A DNA stretch of 64,000 nucleotides from the human T2T-CHM13v2.0 reference genome, Homo sapiens. Numbering within the stretch: the stretch's first letter is position 1; each line of letters begins with the position of its first letter. Both the position numbers and the translations under genes were made by a program. Where the stretch lies: the NCBI RefSeq assembly GCF_009914755.1, contig NC_060934.1; one strand, given 5' to 3'. Below, piece by piece: positions 26,526-42,400 of this stretch. Under the pieces are notes generated by a model. It was given only the letters and a program-made list of their open reading frames with translations, was not told the origin of the DNA and did no database searches.

Positions 26526-27421
26526 TATAACCTTGTGGTTGTCTGAAAGGACATAGACATCATTTTGGAGATTATTGCTTGACTCAATATAATGAAAACA
26601 TGACCTGCAGGATGGTGTTTACTGCCCTGTCAGAAACAAATGAATGGGAAATGGGAAGAGGACAGTATATTTTCTGGTATTTACATTCTTTCTTCTGGGA
26701 TGTGCACCATTACAATGACAGACAAATCTAGGATTCTTTTAGGTGTCTCAGTAGTAATCTGTAGCCAGAAAAATGGGAAGACAAGAATAGTTAGTGCCGT
26801 CAATTGAGTTCTCAAAGGATCTCTGAATGCACCCCTTGACTCAAAGTTCCTACATGGGAACAACATGGGATTCAGACTGAGATGACCCTTTCATTGGGAG
26901 AAAACATCTTGTTGCATTTATCCTGGTGTTTTCCTTAAACCGTTGGTAATACATGCATACTGGTTTTGTAATCTAGTACTATTCATTGCTAAGACCTGTT
27001 TACCAAGATCTGTTTTGATGAGACTTTGGCAAAGTTTGATTAGTCATGAGAACCCTGTTTTCCACTCTTTGCATGTGCTGTCAAAGCACACTACTGTTCA
27101 AGAACTAGGTCAACTTTAAAGCTCCCTTAGCCTACGTCCCTCTCAGACTTTTATTCTATCCCAATCGTAGAAACCAAACTTACAGCCTAGAAACCCACAT
27201 AGTCTCATGGGTAAGGAGCTACAATACCTCTGGACCCATTGATTTATCAGTGATATTGGGAGGTGAAAAGGCTTTTTGACAAAATAAAACAAGCAAAAGT
27301 TCAAAGAACTTCCGACTTGCTTTTTAATCATAAAGAGACTAATTTTCAGAAAAGGATACAAAAATCTTCAGCACCAAAAAGGATAAAAAACAAAGGGTAG
27401 AAAAATGGCAAAAGTATCTAA

Positions 27422-27521
27422 AGACAAAAATGAACTCAATTTTATCTTCTTTTAAAAAAATTATCTGAATTGATTAAAACAATTCTCTCCTCTTGAACTC
27501 CTTAAAACTCTTAGTAATGGT
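27422..27521 (+). repeat. 100-bp dispersed direct repeat, copy 2
   Basis: Same length as copy 1 and 1401 bp downstream of it. Confidence 0.9.
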
Positions 27522-28789
27522 GAAAAGAAAAGAAAAACAGCCAATGTATCTAAAAAGGTATGTTCTTTAAAGTTAGAATGCATATGATAATAAAGATTTT
27601 GAGGTCAAATCTTAGATTTTACATTTCTCTATTTTGCTTTATAGCCATAATGAAAAGCTTGAACAAGAAAGGAAGTTTCAACAGGCTTATTTTTTCCTAT
27701 TAGTTTCAAGTAATTTTTCTCCAGTGGAAAATTCGTGGATGTACAGAAGCCACACATATGTGTCCAATTTTCATGTGTTGGAATCACTGCAAAGACCTCT
27801 AGATTTTGAGAGCTGAGGGGTAGCTGAACATTCACTAGAGAAAAACCCAAGTGAATATTTGAGATGCAGCAGTAGGGGTGGCATTCACCTTTCAGCAATA
27901 TCTGTACTTTCCCTATCCCACCTCTTTTTTTCCCCTTTCTTCTATAAAAGTAGCATGACAAAGGCAAAAGCAAGTTTATTAGGAATAGAGAGTACATTGC
28001 ATTTGGGAACAATTTTTGCCTAAGGGAAGGGAGTGTAGAATGGCAGGAAGAAACATTTAACCTATTTTTTAAATAGGTAGGTGTGCTGTTGTTCACAAGA
28101 CTATTTTCCTGAAGGAGAAATCTGTATAGAAAGATAAAACCTCAAAGTTATAGGACAGTTAAACCCATCTTAAAACTTTTGCTACACTATCAGGTGGAAA
28201 AGGAAACAGCTTTAGGAGGTAGAACTCAGAACCCTTGGGAGAAGACACGTTTCCTAAATTGATCAGAGGCCTTTTTTATATTTGCAGACTTAGTTATCAA
28301 AGGTCTTCTTAAAACAGCAGTGGTAATAGGCACTGTGCAGGGTCACTCATAGGGCCATTTCACAGATGTGCAAATAAAATTAGAACAAATTTTGGTATGG
28401 TCTTATTGAGCCTTGTATGCATAGACACTGCCTATAATCTTTCTGTTTATGACCAGATTTAAAATTCTCCAGAATTTTGAATTAGGAGATCAAAAAGTAA
28501 AACAAACAAACAAACAAACAAAAACAGGGAAAATTGTTGCAGTATGGTGCATACCACCATGTAGCAGCTACATGGTGAATTGAATCCTGCAGCTCTGAGG
28601 GTCCCACTTGGAGGAATTCCATGTTATGTTTCCTCTCCTTTGCCTATTTCCCAGATGATAACATTGAGGCCAAGACGGGCAAAAGTCTGACACCAACAAA
28701 CAAACAACAAACAAAAAAAAACATAAAACAACTCTTATTAATGACTTGGAATTAACCTGAATTCTCCAAAAACCTGTTTGGTGGTAGAT

Positions 28790-29000
28790 GGTGGGCTATG
28801 TTTGAATCTCCTCTCTGCCACTTATCTGTGCAAACTTCAGCAAGTCAGCTAATGCTCCAAGCCTGCTGCCTTTTCTGCAAAATGAAGCTAGGACGTAATG
28901 ACTCCTTAAAGAGTTGTTTTAAGGAGCAAACGAAATGTACTGCAAATGTGCATGAAGTGCTTACCCTGGTGTCATGTATATAATGGACACTCAAAAAGAT
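28790..29000 (+). mobile_element. MIR
   Basis: tttgaatctcctctctgccacttatctgtg...gcaagtcagctaa...ctgcaaaatga...gcatgaagtgctta. Confidence 0.65.
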
Positions 29001-29479
29001 GGTGACAATTATGAATATTTCTCTCACCTTTAATTGATTATCTTTAATCAATATAAACAGGCCCTTGGGTTGCAGGTGTCTGAAAACACATTCTCAGTCC
29101 TTTGGTGACAATCATTACATTTTTAGAGAACAAGACATCTTTTTTAGAATAGTTAGAAAATCCCATCTTCTGCCACCATTTTTCTAGATTTGAACTTAAT
29201 GAATTTGCTCAGAGAGGAGCTTAGGTTACAGTTTGTTGGTGGCTCATCATGGATGATGAGATAGGAACGGGTGGATATTGTATGATAACATCATAATGAC
29301 TGCTATAGCTATTGAGCCTGCCTGCACAATACTTATCAAAAAGACTTGCGTAAATTCAGCATGTATGATCAGAGGACCTGGGCATCACAAAACGTACTCA
29401 TTGGGGAGCATGTCAATTTGCAAGGAATATTTAGAAAGACTTAACTATGCTAAAATTAAACTTTAAATGATGTTATAAT

Positions 29480-30381
<902 letters not shown>

Positions 30382-30629
30382 TTACATTCTTTGGAAATAT
30401 CACAAATATTGTCTCACACACTTGTCAAAAGGGACACCTGCACAGCCTACTGTGAGAAAGCAGAAAGAGAGGAGCCCCGAGTCCAAGAGACCCAGAACAG
30501 CTTCCATTCAGCTTTGGCTCAGTTAGAGACATTGACTAAGAGGCTGGCTCTCACCTTTTAAAATATACTTTCTAACTTTTTTTTTTTTTAGCATTTGCAT
30601 TTTTCTCAACACTTTCTAATTTTTTGTTT

Positions 30630-30810
30630 CTTTTTTTAAAATTAATACCTTTACTTTTAAATTTTGGATTCGGGGGGTACGTGTGCTTGTTTGTTACAGG
30701 AGTATTACATGCGTGATGGTGAGGATTGAGCTTCTCCTGTACCCATCACCCAAACATTGAACTTCGTATCCATCAGGTAATTTTTCCACCCTCACTTTCC
30801 TCCCACCCTT
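30630..30810 (-). mobile_element. L1PA16/L1PB-like 3' terminal fragment
   Basis: ggattcggggggtacgtgtgc..tgtttgttaca...gtacccatcacccaaa..caggtaatttttccaccctcac. Confidence 0.75.
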
Positions 30811-31753
30811 CACTCTAAATTTGTATTTCTTTTGTGAAACATAATAAACACATGTTTTTTAAATTCATGGACTTTGTTATTATTTTTATTTTGTAAAAAG
30901 AGACGATTTTTTCATCCTTTTAAAAACATTGAATTAGTTTGCCATTCTTTCCGTATCATCTTTCTCTTAGACTCATTAATCCTTTTAGCTTTGATTATTG
31001 AAAACATTCATGAAATTAACATTTTAAGTGGCCATTTTTTACAAGTATCTGTTTAGTTTATAACTGCAAATAAAGCTTGGGGAAAAAATCTTTCTAATAG
31101 CTGCTATTATTTTTTACAGGGTAGAATAATGTCACTTGCACTTGTAGTGACATCCATTCAATGGTATTTATTTTCTCTGAGACCATAGATCAGATCAAAG
31201 GGAAATTGTCTTTTCTAGGTGTGAGACCTACCATTGCCCATGGGATTAGGTTCAAACTCCATAAAACTGACCAAATCCTGCAAAGCTGTTTATATTCCAT
31301 CTATACAATTTTATTATACTTATTTACACAAATCTAGATATACCTTCATCTTTCTCTTCCTTCCTTCCTTTTTTTCCCATCTGTTCATCCACTTTTATAG
31401 AGAACTGTGCATTCCTTAAAGGAAGGGACTGTGTCCTATGTGATTTCATACCTGAAGAAACAAGCACCATGTCTTGTTCTTGATAGAGACAGAAATCAGG
31501 ACGTTCTTCATGAATTCTCAGATCCTGACTACCGTGAGCCTACTGGGGGTGGGGAGTAAATAATGTTCCTTTTTACATTCCTAGTGTCTAGTATAGCATC
31601 TGACACATATGAGATCCGTAAATTACAACTGAGTTAAATACAAAAGCAAATACGTTCAGTATATGTAGAAATAAAGCATTGAATTTAAGTGTCATAATTA
31701 CTTTTGATAACTATTTCACTTCTAAGTTTTGCTACACTGTTGGCTTTTCATCT

Positions 31754-32142
<389 letters not shown>

Positions 32143-32304
32143 TGATGTAATGAAGAGGTTGGTGGATTGAAAGGCACCTATCTAAATGAGTTAATTTCCA
32201 TGATTGACTTTTGTTGTTATTTGGATACAAGTGAGGAGAATTTTGTATTGGCATCTGGAAAAAAGGTAGAAATAATTATTTTAAAATGGGACACAAACCT
32301 GTCC

Positions 32305-33340
32305 CTTGGGTACTCCCTTTTCAAAAACCAGTTGTCCATGTAAGGATTTATTTCTGGACTCTTCTTCTATTCTATTGACCTATATGTCTATCTTTATGCC
32401 AGTACTACAGTATCTTGATTATTGTAGCTTTGTACTAAGTTTTGAAGTAGGGAAGTGTGACTTCCCCAAGTTTGTTCCTTGTTAAGATGCTCGTTTTGTT
32501 TTGCTTTGCTATTCTGGGTCTCAAATTTCTATACATGTTTTAGAATCAACTTCTCAATTCCTGTAAAAAAGGCAACTTGAATTTTGAATTTTGATAGTGA
32601 TTGTGTTGAATCTCCAGATCAATTTGGGGAGTATTGTCATCTCAACAATATGACATCTTCTAATCTATAAGCACAGGATGCTTTTTCATTTATTTAGGTC
32701 CTCTCTAAGTTCTTTTGGGATTTTTTTTTTTTTTTTTTGACGGAGTCTCGCTCTGTCACCCAGGCTGGAGCGCAGTGGCGCGGTCTCGGCTCACTGCAAG
32801 CTCCACCTCCCGTGTTCACACCATTCTTCTGCCTCAGCCTCCCGAGTAGCTGGGACTCCATCACGCCCGGCTAATTTTTTGTATTTTTAGTAGAGACGGG
32901 GTTTCCCCGTGTTAGCCAGGATGGTCTCGATCTCCTGACCTCGTGATCCGCCCGCTTCGGCCTCCCAAAGTGCTGGTATTACAGGCATGAGCCACGGTGC
33001 CCGGCTTCTTTTGGGAATTTTTTCAATGTACACATTTTGCTGTTCTTTTGTTAAATTTATTCCTAAGTATTTTATTATTTTTGATGCTCTTATAAATTGA
33101 ATTGTTTCCTTAATTCCATTTGCAGATTGTTCATTGCCAGTTTATAGAAACGTATTAGATGTTTGTATGTTGATTTTGTATTCTATGACCTTGCTGCACT
33201 CGTTTTTTCATTCTAATAGTTTTTGGTGGATTCCTTAGAATTTTCCATATACACAATTATGTCATATGCAAATAGAGATAGTTTTACTTCTTCCATTCCA
33301 ACCTACTTGCCTTTCATTTCTTTTTCTTGCCTCATTGCTA
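32305..33340 (-). mobile_element. Old L1M (MB/MC-like) ORF2 fragment interrupted by AluY
   Basis: TTTATTTCTGGACTC...CTTGATTATTGTAGCTTTG...GATCAATTTGGGGAG...GCAAATAGAGATAGTTTTACTTC. Confidence 0.85.
32721..33005 (-). mobile_element. AluY with ~11-nt internal deletion
   Basis: CTGCAAGCTCC and CCGTGTTAGCCAGGATGGTCTCGATCTCC; CpG-rich; TSD TTCTTTTGGGA at 32710-32720 and 33006-33016. Confidence 0.96.
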
Positions 33341-34949
33341 GAGATAATTTTGAAAAGTAGATTGAATGTTGAAAAGTATGCTTACTTTGTTCTCTGGAAA
33401 AATTGTAAAACTTGTTTATCATTTTTTTTTGAAAAGTAAGACATGCTATCTTAGTTTAAACATCTTCCAGTCCTGAAGAGGATTTTTTTTCATGTGTTTA
33501 TTGGACATTTGTACCTTTTTAATAAATTTCTTTTTATATTACATATCTATATGTATTATTTCAGTTTCTTGTATTAATTTGTTAGACCTCTTTATATATT
33601 AAGAATAATAACCCTTTGGCTGTGAAATAAATTACAAATATATTGCCTTAGTTTGTTTTTATTTCATTTATATTACTTTTGGTATGTAAATGTATTGTAT
33701 TTCTATGTAATCATACACAGCAGTCTTTTTATCTATGGATCTGTGGTGTGTATCAGGCCTAGGGGTGTTCCCTCCCTCTATCTCTTAAATCATGCAACTA
33801 TTTACCCATGTTTTTCGTGTCCTTTCGTAAGTGCTCTATTTTTGAGAACATACATTTGAATACCAATACACTAGTTCAGATACTTGAGTCTGTAAGCCTT
33901 TATGATAAATTTGTTGGACTTCCATTAAGTAGGAAAAATGAGTTATCTGTTGCCTCTTGAGGTGACACTTCCTGACGCCATCTTGCCCCGTGGCCAATAG
34001 CTCAAAAAATTCTCCCAGATGGAGGCTCAGCAGCTTGCCTTGCAGTCAATTTCCTCTGAGAGAACACCACCTTTGCTGACTCCAATCACAAATACAATCC
34101 AATTAAAAGCTATTATGTTAATGTGAATAGAGTGGGAGATAAAACAAGACAGCGAAATGTTTCATTTAGGCCCAAATGAGTTGATTTCTCAGGGCATAAA
34201 GAATCCCCATTAGGTTGGTTGCCACAGTGACACAAGAAACATGCAAACCAGTCTGCTGATTAAAATCTGGGAAAGTGAGATAAAAGGTTTATCTGTGTGA
34301 CAAGGGCTGGTTGATGGACTATTAGATGACGCATTTGTATGTTTGCTTTAAAACCTTTTGGCTTCTGTCATGCATTGTCATTGAAAAAACTGCTCTTTTC
34401 CGTTGAGTTCTTATAGTGCTTATCCGGAAAACAGAATTGATGTACATTCTTAGGAAAGTGGCAGCATGATTTCTCTGAGCACGTAACATTTTGTGTATTT
34501 GATGAAAGTGGCCTGAATTTGGAAGTTATAGCAATCAAAGAAGTTTAATCCTTTCTTAGGATCATTAAATTTAGTGAGCTGGTATGATTTGTGGAGGGTA
34601 AAGTCTGCATTGAAGAATGAAAGAAGTAGAGTTTAGAAGGTCACATTTTTTCTCTCTAAATTGTACATCATTGTTATTGGTTTGGAAGAAACATTGGAGT
34701 TTTTCATAACTGAGGTCTAATGAAATAAATTCAATCTGATGATATTACTTCTAAGATCATTTATTTTTGGGTCTCTATATAACCCTAATTCTATAAGATT
34801 ACAGTTTCCGGTAGGTTAATGAAATAGATTTGTCATGCACAGTCTATTTTATTATGTAACATTAAAAAATATTTTCTATTTACTTCCATCTTCTTATGGC
34901 TCGTAAGAGTAAGATACACTAAGTGCAGTAGCTGGCATTGGGGAGGGGA

Positions 34950-35170
34950 CTACAGTTGTTTGCCAAAGTCCATGTTTACCTTCCTTCCATTTTTCATAGA
35001 AGTACCAGGCACATGGCTGGCCGACTAGAATACATTTCCCAGCGTCCCTTGTGTCAGGTGAGTCCCCATGACTAAGTTCCAGACAGTCAAATGCTAGTGA
35101 GAACGAGATGCGCTTCTTCCAGTTCAGACCCAGCCAGGTTTCCCACATCTGGTCCTCCAAGTTCTGTCCC
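34950..35170. mobile_element. LTR16/LTR33-like ERVL LTR fragment
   Basis: ctagaatacatttcccagcgtcccttg...catgactaagttcc. Confidence 0.5.
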
Positions 35171-35469
35171 ATTCAGTCTGACTGTGCTTTGAGCTCCATC
35201 CAAGATGGATGACTTTTTTCTTTCTGAAAAGCACTATGTTTTTATGTCATGGCTCAGCATCAAAGGATCTCATTTTTCTTGTTTTAAAAATATTTGTAAT
35301 TAAAATGATACTTAAAGTGCAAATGTAATCTTTTTTTTTGTCTTACGACACTTACAAAATGAAATAGTAAGTCATGGATCTCACTTCCACATTAATGCCA
35401 TGTCAACTCTTACAAAAAATAAGTATTTTCAACATAATTTGTAGAAACAACCATAACAGTCACAGATGT

Positions 35470-36060
35470 ATTCCTTAATTCAACAAATATTTATTGAGTA
35501 CTTATCATATAGCAGGCCCTGTTCTAGGCACTATAGCTGAAATATTGACCAGGGCAGATACATTCCCTGAAATTGGGATTTTCATCGTATTGGGAGAGAA
35601 AAATAATACTGAAGTTAGAAAAAATATCAGATAGTAACATAGGCTCCTAAGAAATGTAAATAGGGTAAAATGATGGTGACTATATTAGATTAGGAGGTCA
35701 AGGAAGAACTTTCTGAGAAAGAGGTATATAAATTAGGACCCGAATAATGAAAAGGAAACAATCTTGTAAAGATTATTGGGCAGGTCTCTCAAGTAGAAAG
35801 AAGAGCTAGTGCCGTGATCTGAAGAAAAGAATAGTCTTGCTTATTCAGCAGCAAGCAAGCAAGCCTCATAAAAGACAAGAAAACACGGCAGAAGATGAGG
35901 TTCGAGGTATAAGTAGGGACCAGTTCATGGTAACCTATGATCAGGAGTTTGGATTGTATGATTTCCATGATGGGCTTTACAAGTCTTGAATTAGCAGGGT
36001 GATATGATCCGTTTTAGGCTTTGAAAAGATCTAGCTTGCGCTGGGGAGAATGTTTGCGAG
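35470..36060 (-). mobile_element. L2 LINE 3' region
   Basis: ttcaacaaatatttattgagtactta..caggccctgttctaggcact...ggagtttggatt...tttgaaaagatc. Confidence 0.8.
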
Positions 36061-36084
36061 GCAGGGAGGCATACAGAATGATTA

Positions 36085-36300
36085 CCTTGAAGGCTTTGGA
36101 GTCTGCCAAATTTTGGGTTGAATTCTACTTTACTTGAGTAACTCTGATCAGGTGATTAAGATGTTTAAGTCTCAGTTTTATCACTAAAACAAATACAGCA
36201 ATTTCCCAGATAGGTCATTGGAAGAATGAAATGAGTTACTTTATGCATACTATTTAGCATGATGATTGGTTGATAGCAAATATTCAATAAACGGTGACTG
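36085..36300 (+). mobile_element. MIR
   Basis: ggctttggagtc..gggttgaattct...gtctcagttttatca...aaatgagtta...tattcaataaa. Confidence 0.7.
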
Positions 36301-36589
36301 AAATTACGTCTGTGAGCATAAAATTATAAACTAGAATTTTAAATAAATGAAATAGGTTTATTTGAAAAATATTATTAGCATTGTCTTTTTATTTTTTTAA
36401 TTGATTGGACTAGGAAAATATGGGGATAGTGTTGAGAAAGGGAAATTTTAAAAAATGAGAAAAAATTAACTTTCTTTTTTTCAAAAAAGACAGGATAAAA
36501 AACAACTTTTAAAAAGTAATTTTTAATATAATAGAGTGAAGAGGAAAAAATACAAATGAGAAAGGCTACTAACTATGCTGAAATAATCA

Positions 36590-36820
36590 AGTGACTATTG
36601 AGTGTTTACTGTGATACCAGCCATGATACCAGCCATAAAGCATTTAGATGCTAAATGCTTCATCTACATTATTTCATTGAATACTTACAACCATACTGTG
36701 AAATAAGTCTCATTATGTTGATTATGTTCATATTACAAATGAGAAAATAGAAGAGCATTTAGTGACTTGTCCTAAAGTTAATAAGTGGCTGGGATTGGAT
36801 TCAAACTCAGATACCTGGTT
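36590..36820 (-). mobile_element. MIR
   Basis: tattgagtgtttactgtg...acattatttcattgaatacttacaac...tacaaatgagaaaa...agtgacttgtcc..ggattcaaactcag. Confidence 0.75.
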
Positions 36821-37720
36821 TCACATCATTCTACTTCTTCTTTCTAATTTGAATGTCTGTTATTTTTCTTTCTTACCTAATTGTTCTGGCCAGGACATCT
36901 GGTACTATGTTATGTGGAAGTGGTAAGCATGGGCAACTTTGTCTTGTTCTTGACCTTAAGGGAAAAGCTTTCAACTTCTACTGTTGAGTATGATGTTCTC
37001 ATACACAACCTTTATTATATACAACATTTATTCTCATATACAACCTTTATTATATTGAGGTACTTTCTTTCTATACAAAATTTACTGAGAATTTTTATCA
37101 TGAAACAAGGTCAACTTCTGTCAAATGCTTCATCTGCATTTATTGAGATGATTATATGATTTTTATCCTTCATTCTGTTAATGTGCCATATCACATTTAT
37201 TAATTTACTTATGTTGAACCATCCTTTTATCCTAAGGATAAATGCTACTTGATCATGTTGTATAATCCTTTTACGTACTGTTGAATTCAGTTTGCTTATG
37301 TTTTGTTGAGATTTTTTTGCATCTATGTTCATCAAGGATATTGGTCAGTAGTTTTCTTTTCTTGTAGTGTCTTTGTCTGCTTCGGTATCAGGGTAATGCT
37401 GGCCTTGTAAAATGAGTTTGGAAGTGTTCTCTAACTTTTCGGAAGAGTTTGAAAAGGATTGGTGTTAGTTCTTTTTTTAAATGCTTGGTCATCTGGTTCT
37501 GGGCTTTTTGTTGTTGTTTTTGGAAGATTTTTAATGACTGTTTCAATCTTCTTCCTAGTTATAGGTCTATTCAGATTTTCTATTTCTTCATGATTCAATC
37601 TTATTAGCTTGTACATGTCTAGGAATTTATACATTTCTTCCAGGTCATCTAATTTGTTGAGGTACAATTGTTCATAGTAGTTTATTATGATCCTTCGCAT
37701 TTCTGTGATATCAGTTGTAA

Positions 37721-38099
<379 letters not shown>

Positions 38100-39174
38100 A
38101 GTCTTTTCTCTTTTTTTCTTAGTCTAGCTAAAGGTTTAGCAATTTTATTTTTTTTTTAAAAATCAACTCATAGTTTTGCTGATCTTCATTACTGATTTTC
38201 TCATCTCTATTTTATTTATTTCTGTTCTGATCTTTGTTACTTCCTTTTTCTGCTAACTTTGGGCTTAAGTTTTTCTTCTTCTACTAGTTCCTTAAGGTGC
38301 AGAGTTGGGTTGTTTATTTGATATAATTTTTTCCTAATGTAGGCATTTATTTTATAAAGTTTTCTCTTAGAGCTGATTAGCTGGATTCATGTTTTGGTAT
38401 GTTGTGTTTCCATTTTTGTCTTACATTTTGTAATTTCTCTTTTATTTTTTGACCCATTGGTTGTTCAGGAGAGTGTTGCTTAAGTTACGCTATTTGTGAT
38501 TTTTCTGTTTTTCCTCTTATTATTAATTTCTAGTGTCATACTATTGGGGTAAAAAATATTTGATATAATTTCAATTTTCTTAAATTTGTTAAGACTCCTT
38601 TTGTGACCTAACATATGATCTACACTAGAGAATGTTCAATGTGTGGTTAAGAAGAATATGTATTCTGTTGCTGTAGGACGGAATGTTCTGTGTATGTCTA
38701 TTAGGTCCATTTTGCTTAAAGTGTAGTTCAAGTTTAATATTTCTTTATTGATTATCTCATTGGATGATCTATCTATTACCAAAAGTGAGATATTGAAGCC
38801 CCCTACTATTATTGCATTGTTGTCTGTTTTTGCCTTCATGTCTGTTAATATTTGGTTAATATATTTAGGTCCTCTGGTTTTGGGTGCATATATGATTATT
38901 ATATCCTCCAGATAAATTGACCCCTTTATCTTAATATAATGACCTTTTTTTTCTTGTTATGGTTTTTGACTTAAAGTCTATTGTGTCTGATATAAGTGCA
39001 GTTATCCCAACTCTCTCTGGTTTCCATTTGCATAGAATTCCTTATTCCACAGTTTTATTTTTAGCCTATGTGTATCCTTAAAGCTGAAGCAAGTCTCTTG
39101 TAGACAGCACATAGTTGGGCTTTAAAAACTACTACTAATAAAATATACATATTGCATTGATATTTGCTTATTTT

Positions 39175-39495
<321 letters not shown>

Positions 39496-42282
39496 TGATT
39501 AGAGATTTGATAATTTACATTTAAAGTAATTATTAATAGGTAGGATCTTACTATTGCCATCTTGTTAATTGTTTTCTGCCTGCCTTGGAGTTATTTTGTT
39601 CCCCTTCTCCTCTCTGGCTGTTTTTCTTTGTGAATTGATTATTCACTGTTGTATACTTTGATTCCTTTCTTTTATCTTTTATGTATCTACTGCAGGTTTT
39701 AGCCTTTTGATTACCATCAGGTCTACATAAGGCCTAGTTATAACAGTCTATTTTAAACTGATAATAACTCAACTTTGATCATGTACAAAAACTCTACCCT
39801 TTTACTTCCCCCTGACTCAGATTATGTCTTCGATGTCACAGTGTACATCTTTTTATGGTATATTATGTATTCATTAAGAAATTAGTGTAACTATAGATAC
39901 TTTGCATACTTTTGTACTTTAACCTTTAACCTAGATCTAAGTGACATACACATTATCAACACATATTAGAATATTCTGAACTTGACTTTATACTTTCCTT
40001 TACCCATGAGTTTTATACTTTTATATATTTTTGTGTTACTAGTGGACATCCTTTTATTTCAGCTTGAAACTGAACTTCCTTTATCATTTATTGTAAGGCA
40101 GGTTTAATGATAGTGAACTTCATTAGCTTTTGTTTGTCTGGGGAAGTTTTTCCTCTCCTTCAATTCTGAATGACAGTTTTGCTGAGCAAAGTATTTTGGT
40201 TGGCAGTTTCTTTCCTTTCAGTAGTTTGAATATATTATCCTACTCTCTCCTGGTTTACAAGTTTTCTCACTGTGTCATGGGGGTTCTCTTGTATGAGATG
40301 AGTTTTTTTTCCCTTGCTACCTTCAAAATTCTCTTTTTATCTATGATTTTTGACAGTTTAATTATAATGTGTCTTACTAAAGTCCTTGGGGTTGAGTCTG
40401 TATGGGGACCTACGAGCTTCATGAACCTGGATGTCCATATCTATATCCAGATTTAGGAAGTTTTCAGCCATCACTTCTTTAACAAAATTTGTGACCCTTT
40501 TCTCTCTCTTTTCCTTCTTCAACTCCCAAAATGTAAATATTGTTTGCTTTATGGTATACGATAATTCATGTAGCCTCTCTTCACTCTTTTTCATTCTGGT
40601 TTTTTTTTTTTCTCTTCTAACTGGGTAACTTCACATGGCAAATCTTCAAGTTTAGATTCTTTCCTCTACTTGATCAAGTCTGCTGCTCTCTATTGCATTT
40701 TTTATTTCATCCAATATATTCTTCAGCTCAAGAATTTTTTTTTATATTCTATTTTTCTGTTGAACTTCTCATTTTGTTCATGTATTGTTTTCCTGGTTTC
40801 AGTGACTTATCTGTCCGTACTATCTTACAGCTTACTGGGCTTCTTTAAGATACTTATTTTGAATTCTTTGTCTGGCAATTTATAAATCTCCATTGTTTGA
40901 AACTGGTCATTGGAAAGTTATTGTGTTCTTCTGGCTACGTCATATTTTCTTGATGTCTCCCTTCTGGTAGCCTTGCATTGATATTTGCATATTTGATTGA
41001 GTGCACCTTTCCAAGTGTTATGAACTGGCTTTGTTGGAGAAAGTCCACCTGAGGGTGGGTGCAAGGGCACTAGCAGAGTGAGGTGTGGCAGTTCTAGGTC
41101 TGGGAAGGGCCTGTGGCAAACTCCCTGTGCATCTTTGTCAGCTGAGATCAGAATTGGTGAAGATTGCAAGGGTTTTCAACAAACAAGGCTGTGGGCATCC
41201 ACAGCAGCAGTAAGGGATCTTCAAAGACAAAGGCTGCTAGGGACTCCCTAATGTCTTTTTCTTCCACAGGGGATGTCATGTCTGAAGGAATCTTTCTTGA
41301 TATCCGGTCTAGCTTGTAGGTTTCCTTATTGCAAGGGTGGCACTGTTTGACTGTTTGAGCTGCTGGCACCTGTGCAGTAGCCACAGAGCCAGGTTTGGAG
41401 CACAGGTGTGCATGGAGCCAGGGTCTGAAGTGCAGGTACACACGAAAGAGCCACAGTTCTGAAGTCAGGGACATGTGTGGGGTTGGGGGGGGTGACATCC
41501 CTCATCCCAGGGCAGTGTAACAGTAGCTCATTCTGGGGGAGCAAGGAGTAGCATTATCTCCTTCTCCTTGGAGTCTGTGGTAGCAATGGCTGCTGTTTAC
41601 CCAGTAGTGAAAGGCGCCAGGGCCCCCTGCGGAGTAAGCTGCTGGTGTTTGTTACCCAAATTCTGCATTTTACTTACATTTGATGATACCTACTAACTTT
41701 TGCTAATATTTTAATCGCACACTTTCTACTTTGTTTTGATAGCACACTGTTAATGCAAAGTGGTAATCATCCCTAATAAGGGGCCACTGCTGGAAAATGC
41801 AGAACAAGGCAGAGGAGGCCCTAGCATGGATCCAACCTATGGAGAACTGTCAGAACATTTGTGCTCAGCTTCCTTGGTATATTGGCTAGCAGTGTTTGAC
41901 ATGAGGCATTTAGTGTGGGAGCCGGCCAAAGACATATTTAGTGAGAAATACTGACCGCCAGAATAAAGCTCATGGAATAGTTCTGGTTTAGATTTCAGTA
42001 AAAATGCACTCATTCAAAACTATTTGCTGAACAAGAAATATTACAATGAATTTTTCTAGACATTCTATAGCAATACATTAAATAAGATATGCTAGGTACA
42101 ACGTCGTTGCACTGAAGTTGCTGAAAATCAGGTAAAGAAAATATTCATACCACTAGATGGAATTTCAAAGGATCTTAAGAGCTGTATGAAAAAGAGCTAA
42201 AGAGGCTTGGAAAAACAAGAGGTCCCATCCAGTTGAGCATGATGGTTGGTGTATGTGTAAATAATTATTTTTAAGTTGAACT

Positions 42283-42400
42283 TTTGTTTTTCAGAGATGG
42301 AGTCTCATTGTGTGGCACAGGCTGAACTCAAATTTATGTGATCGTCCTGCCTCAGCCTCCTGAGTAGCCAAGGCTACAGCTTCATGCCACTGTGCCTGGC
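42283..42400 (-). mobile_element. FLAM (Alu monomer)
   Basis: agagatggagtctcattgtgtggcacaggctgaactcaaa...cctgcctcagcctcctgagtagc...ccactgtgcctggc. Confidence 0.8.

Noticed and set aside
27629-28096. 155-aa minus-strand ORF in unique DNA
   Set aside because: No recognisable domain, composition typical of AT-rich non-coding DNA, no supporting splice or promoter context
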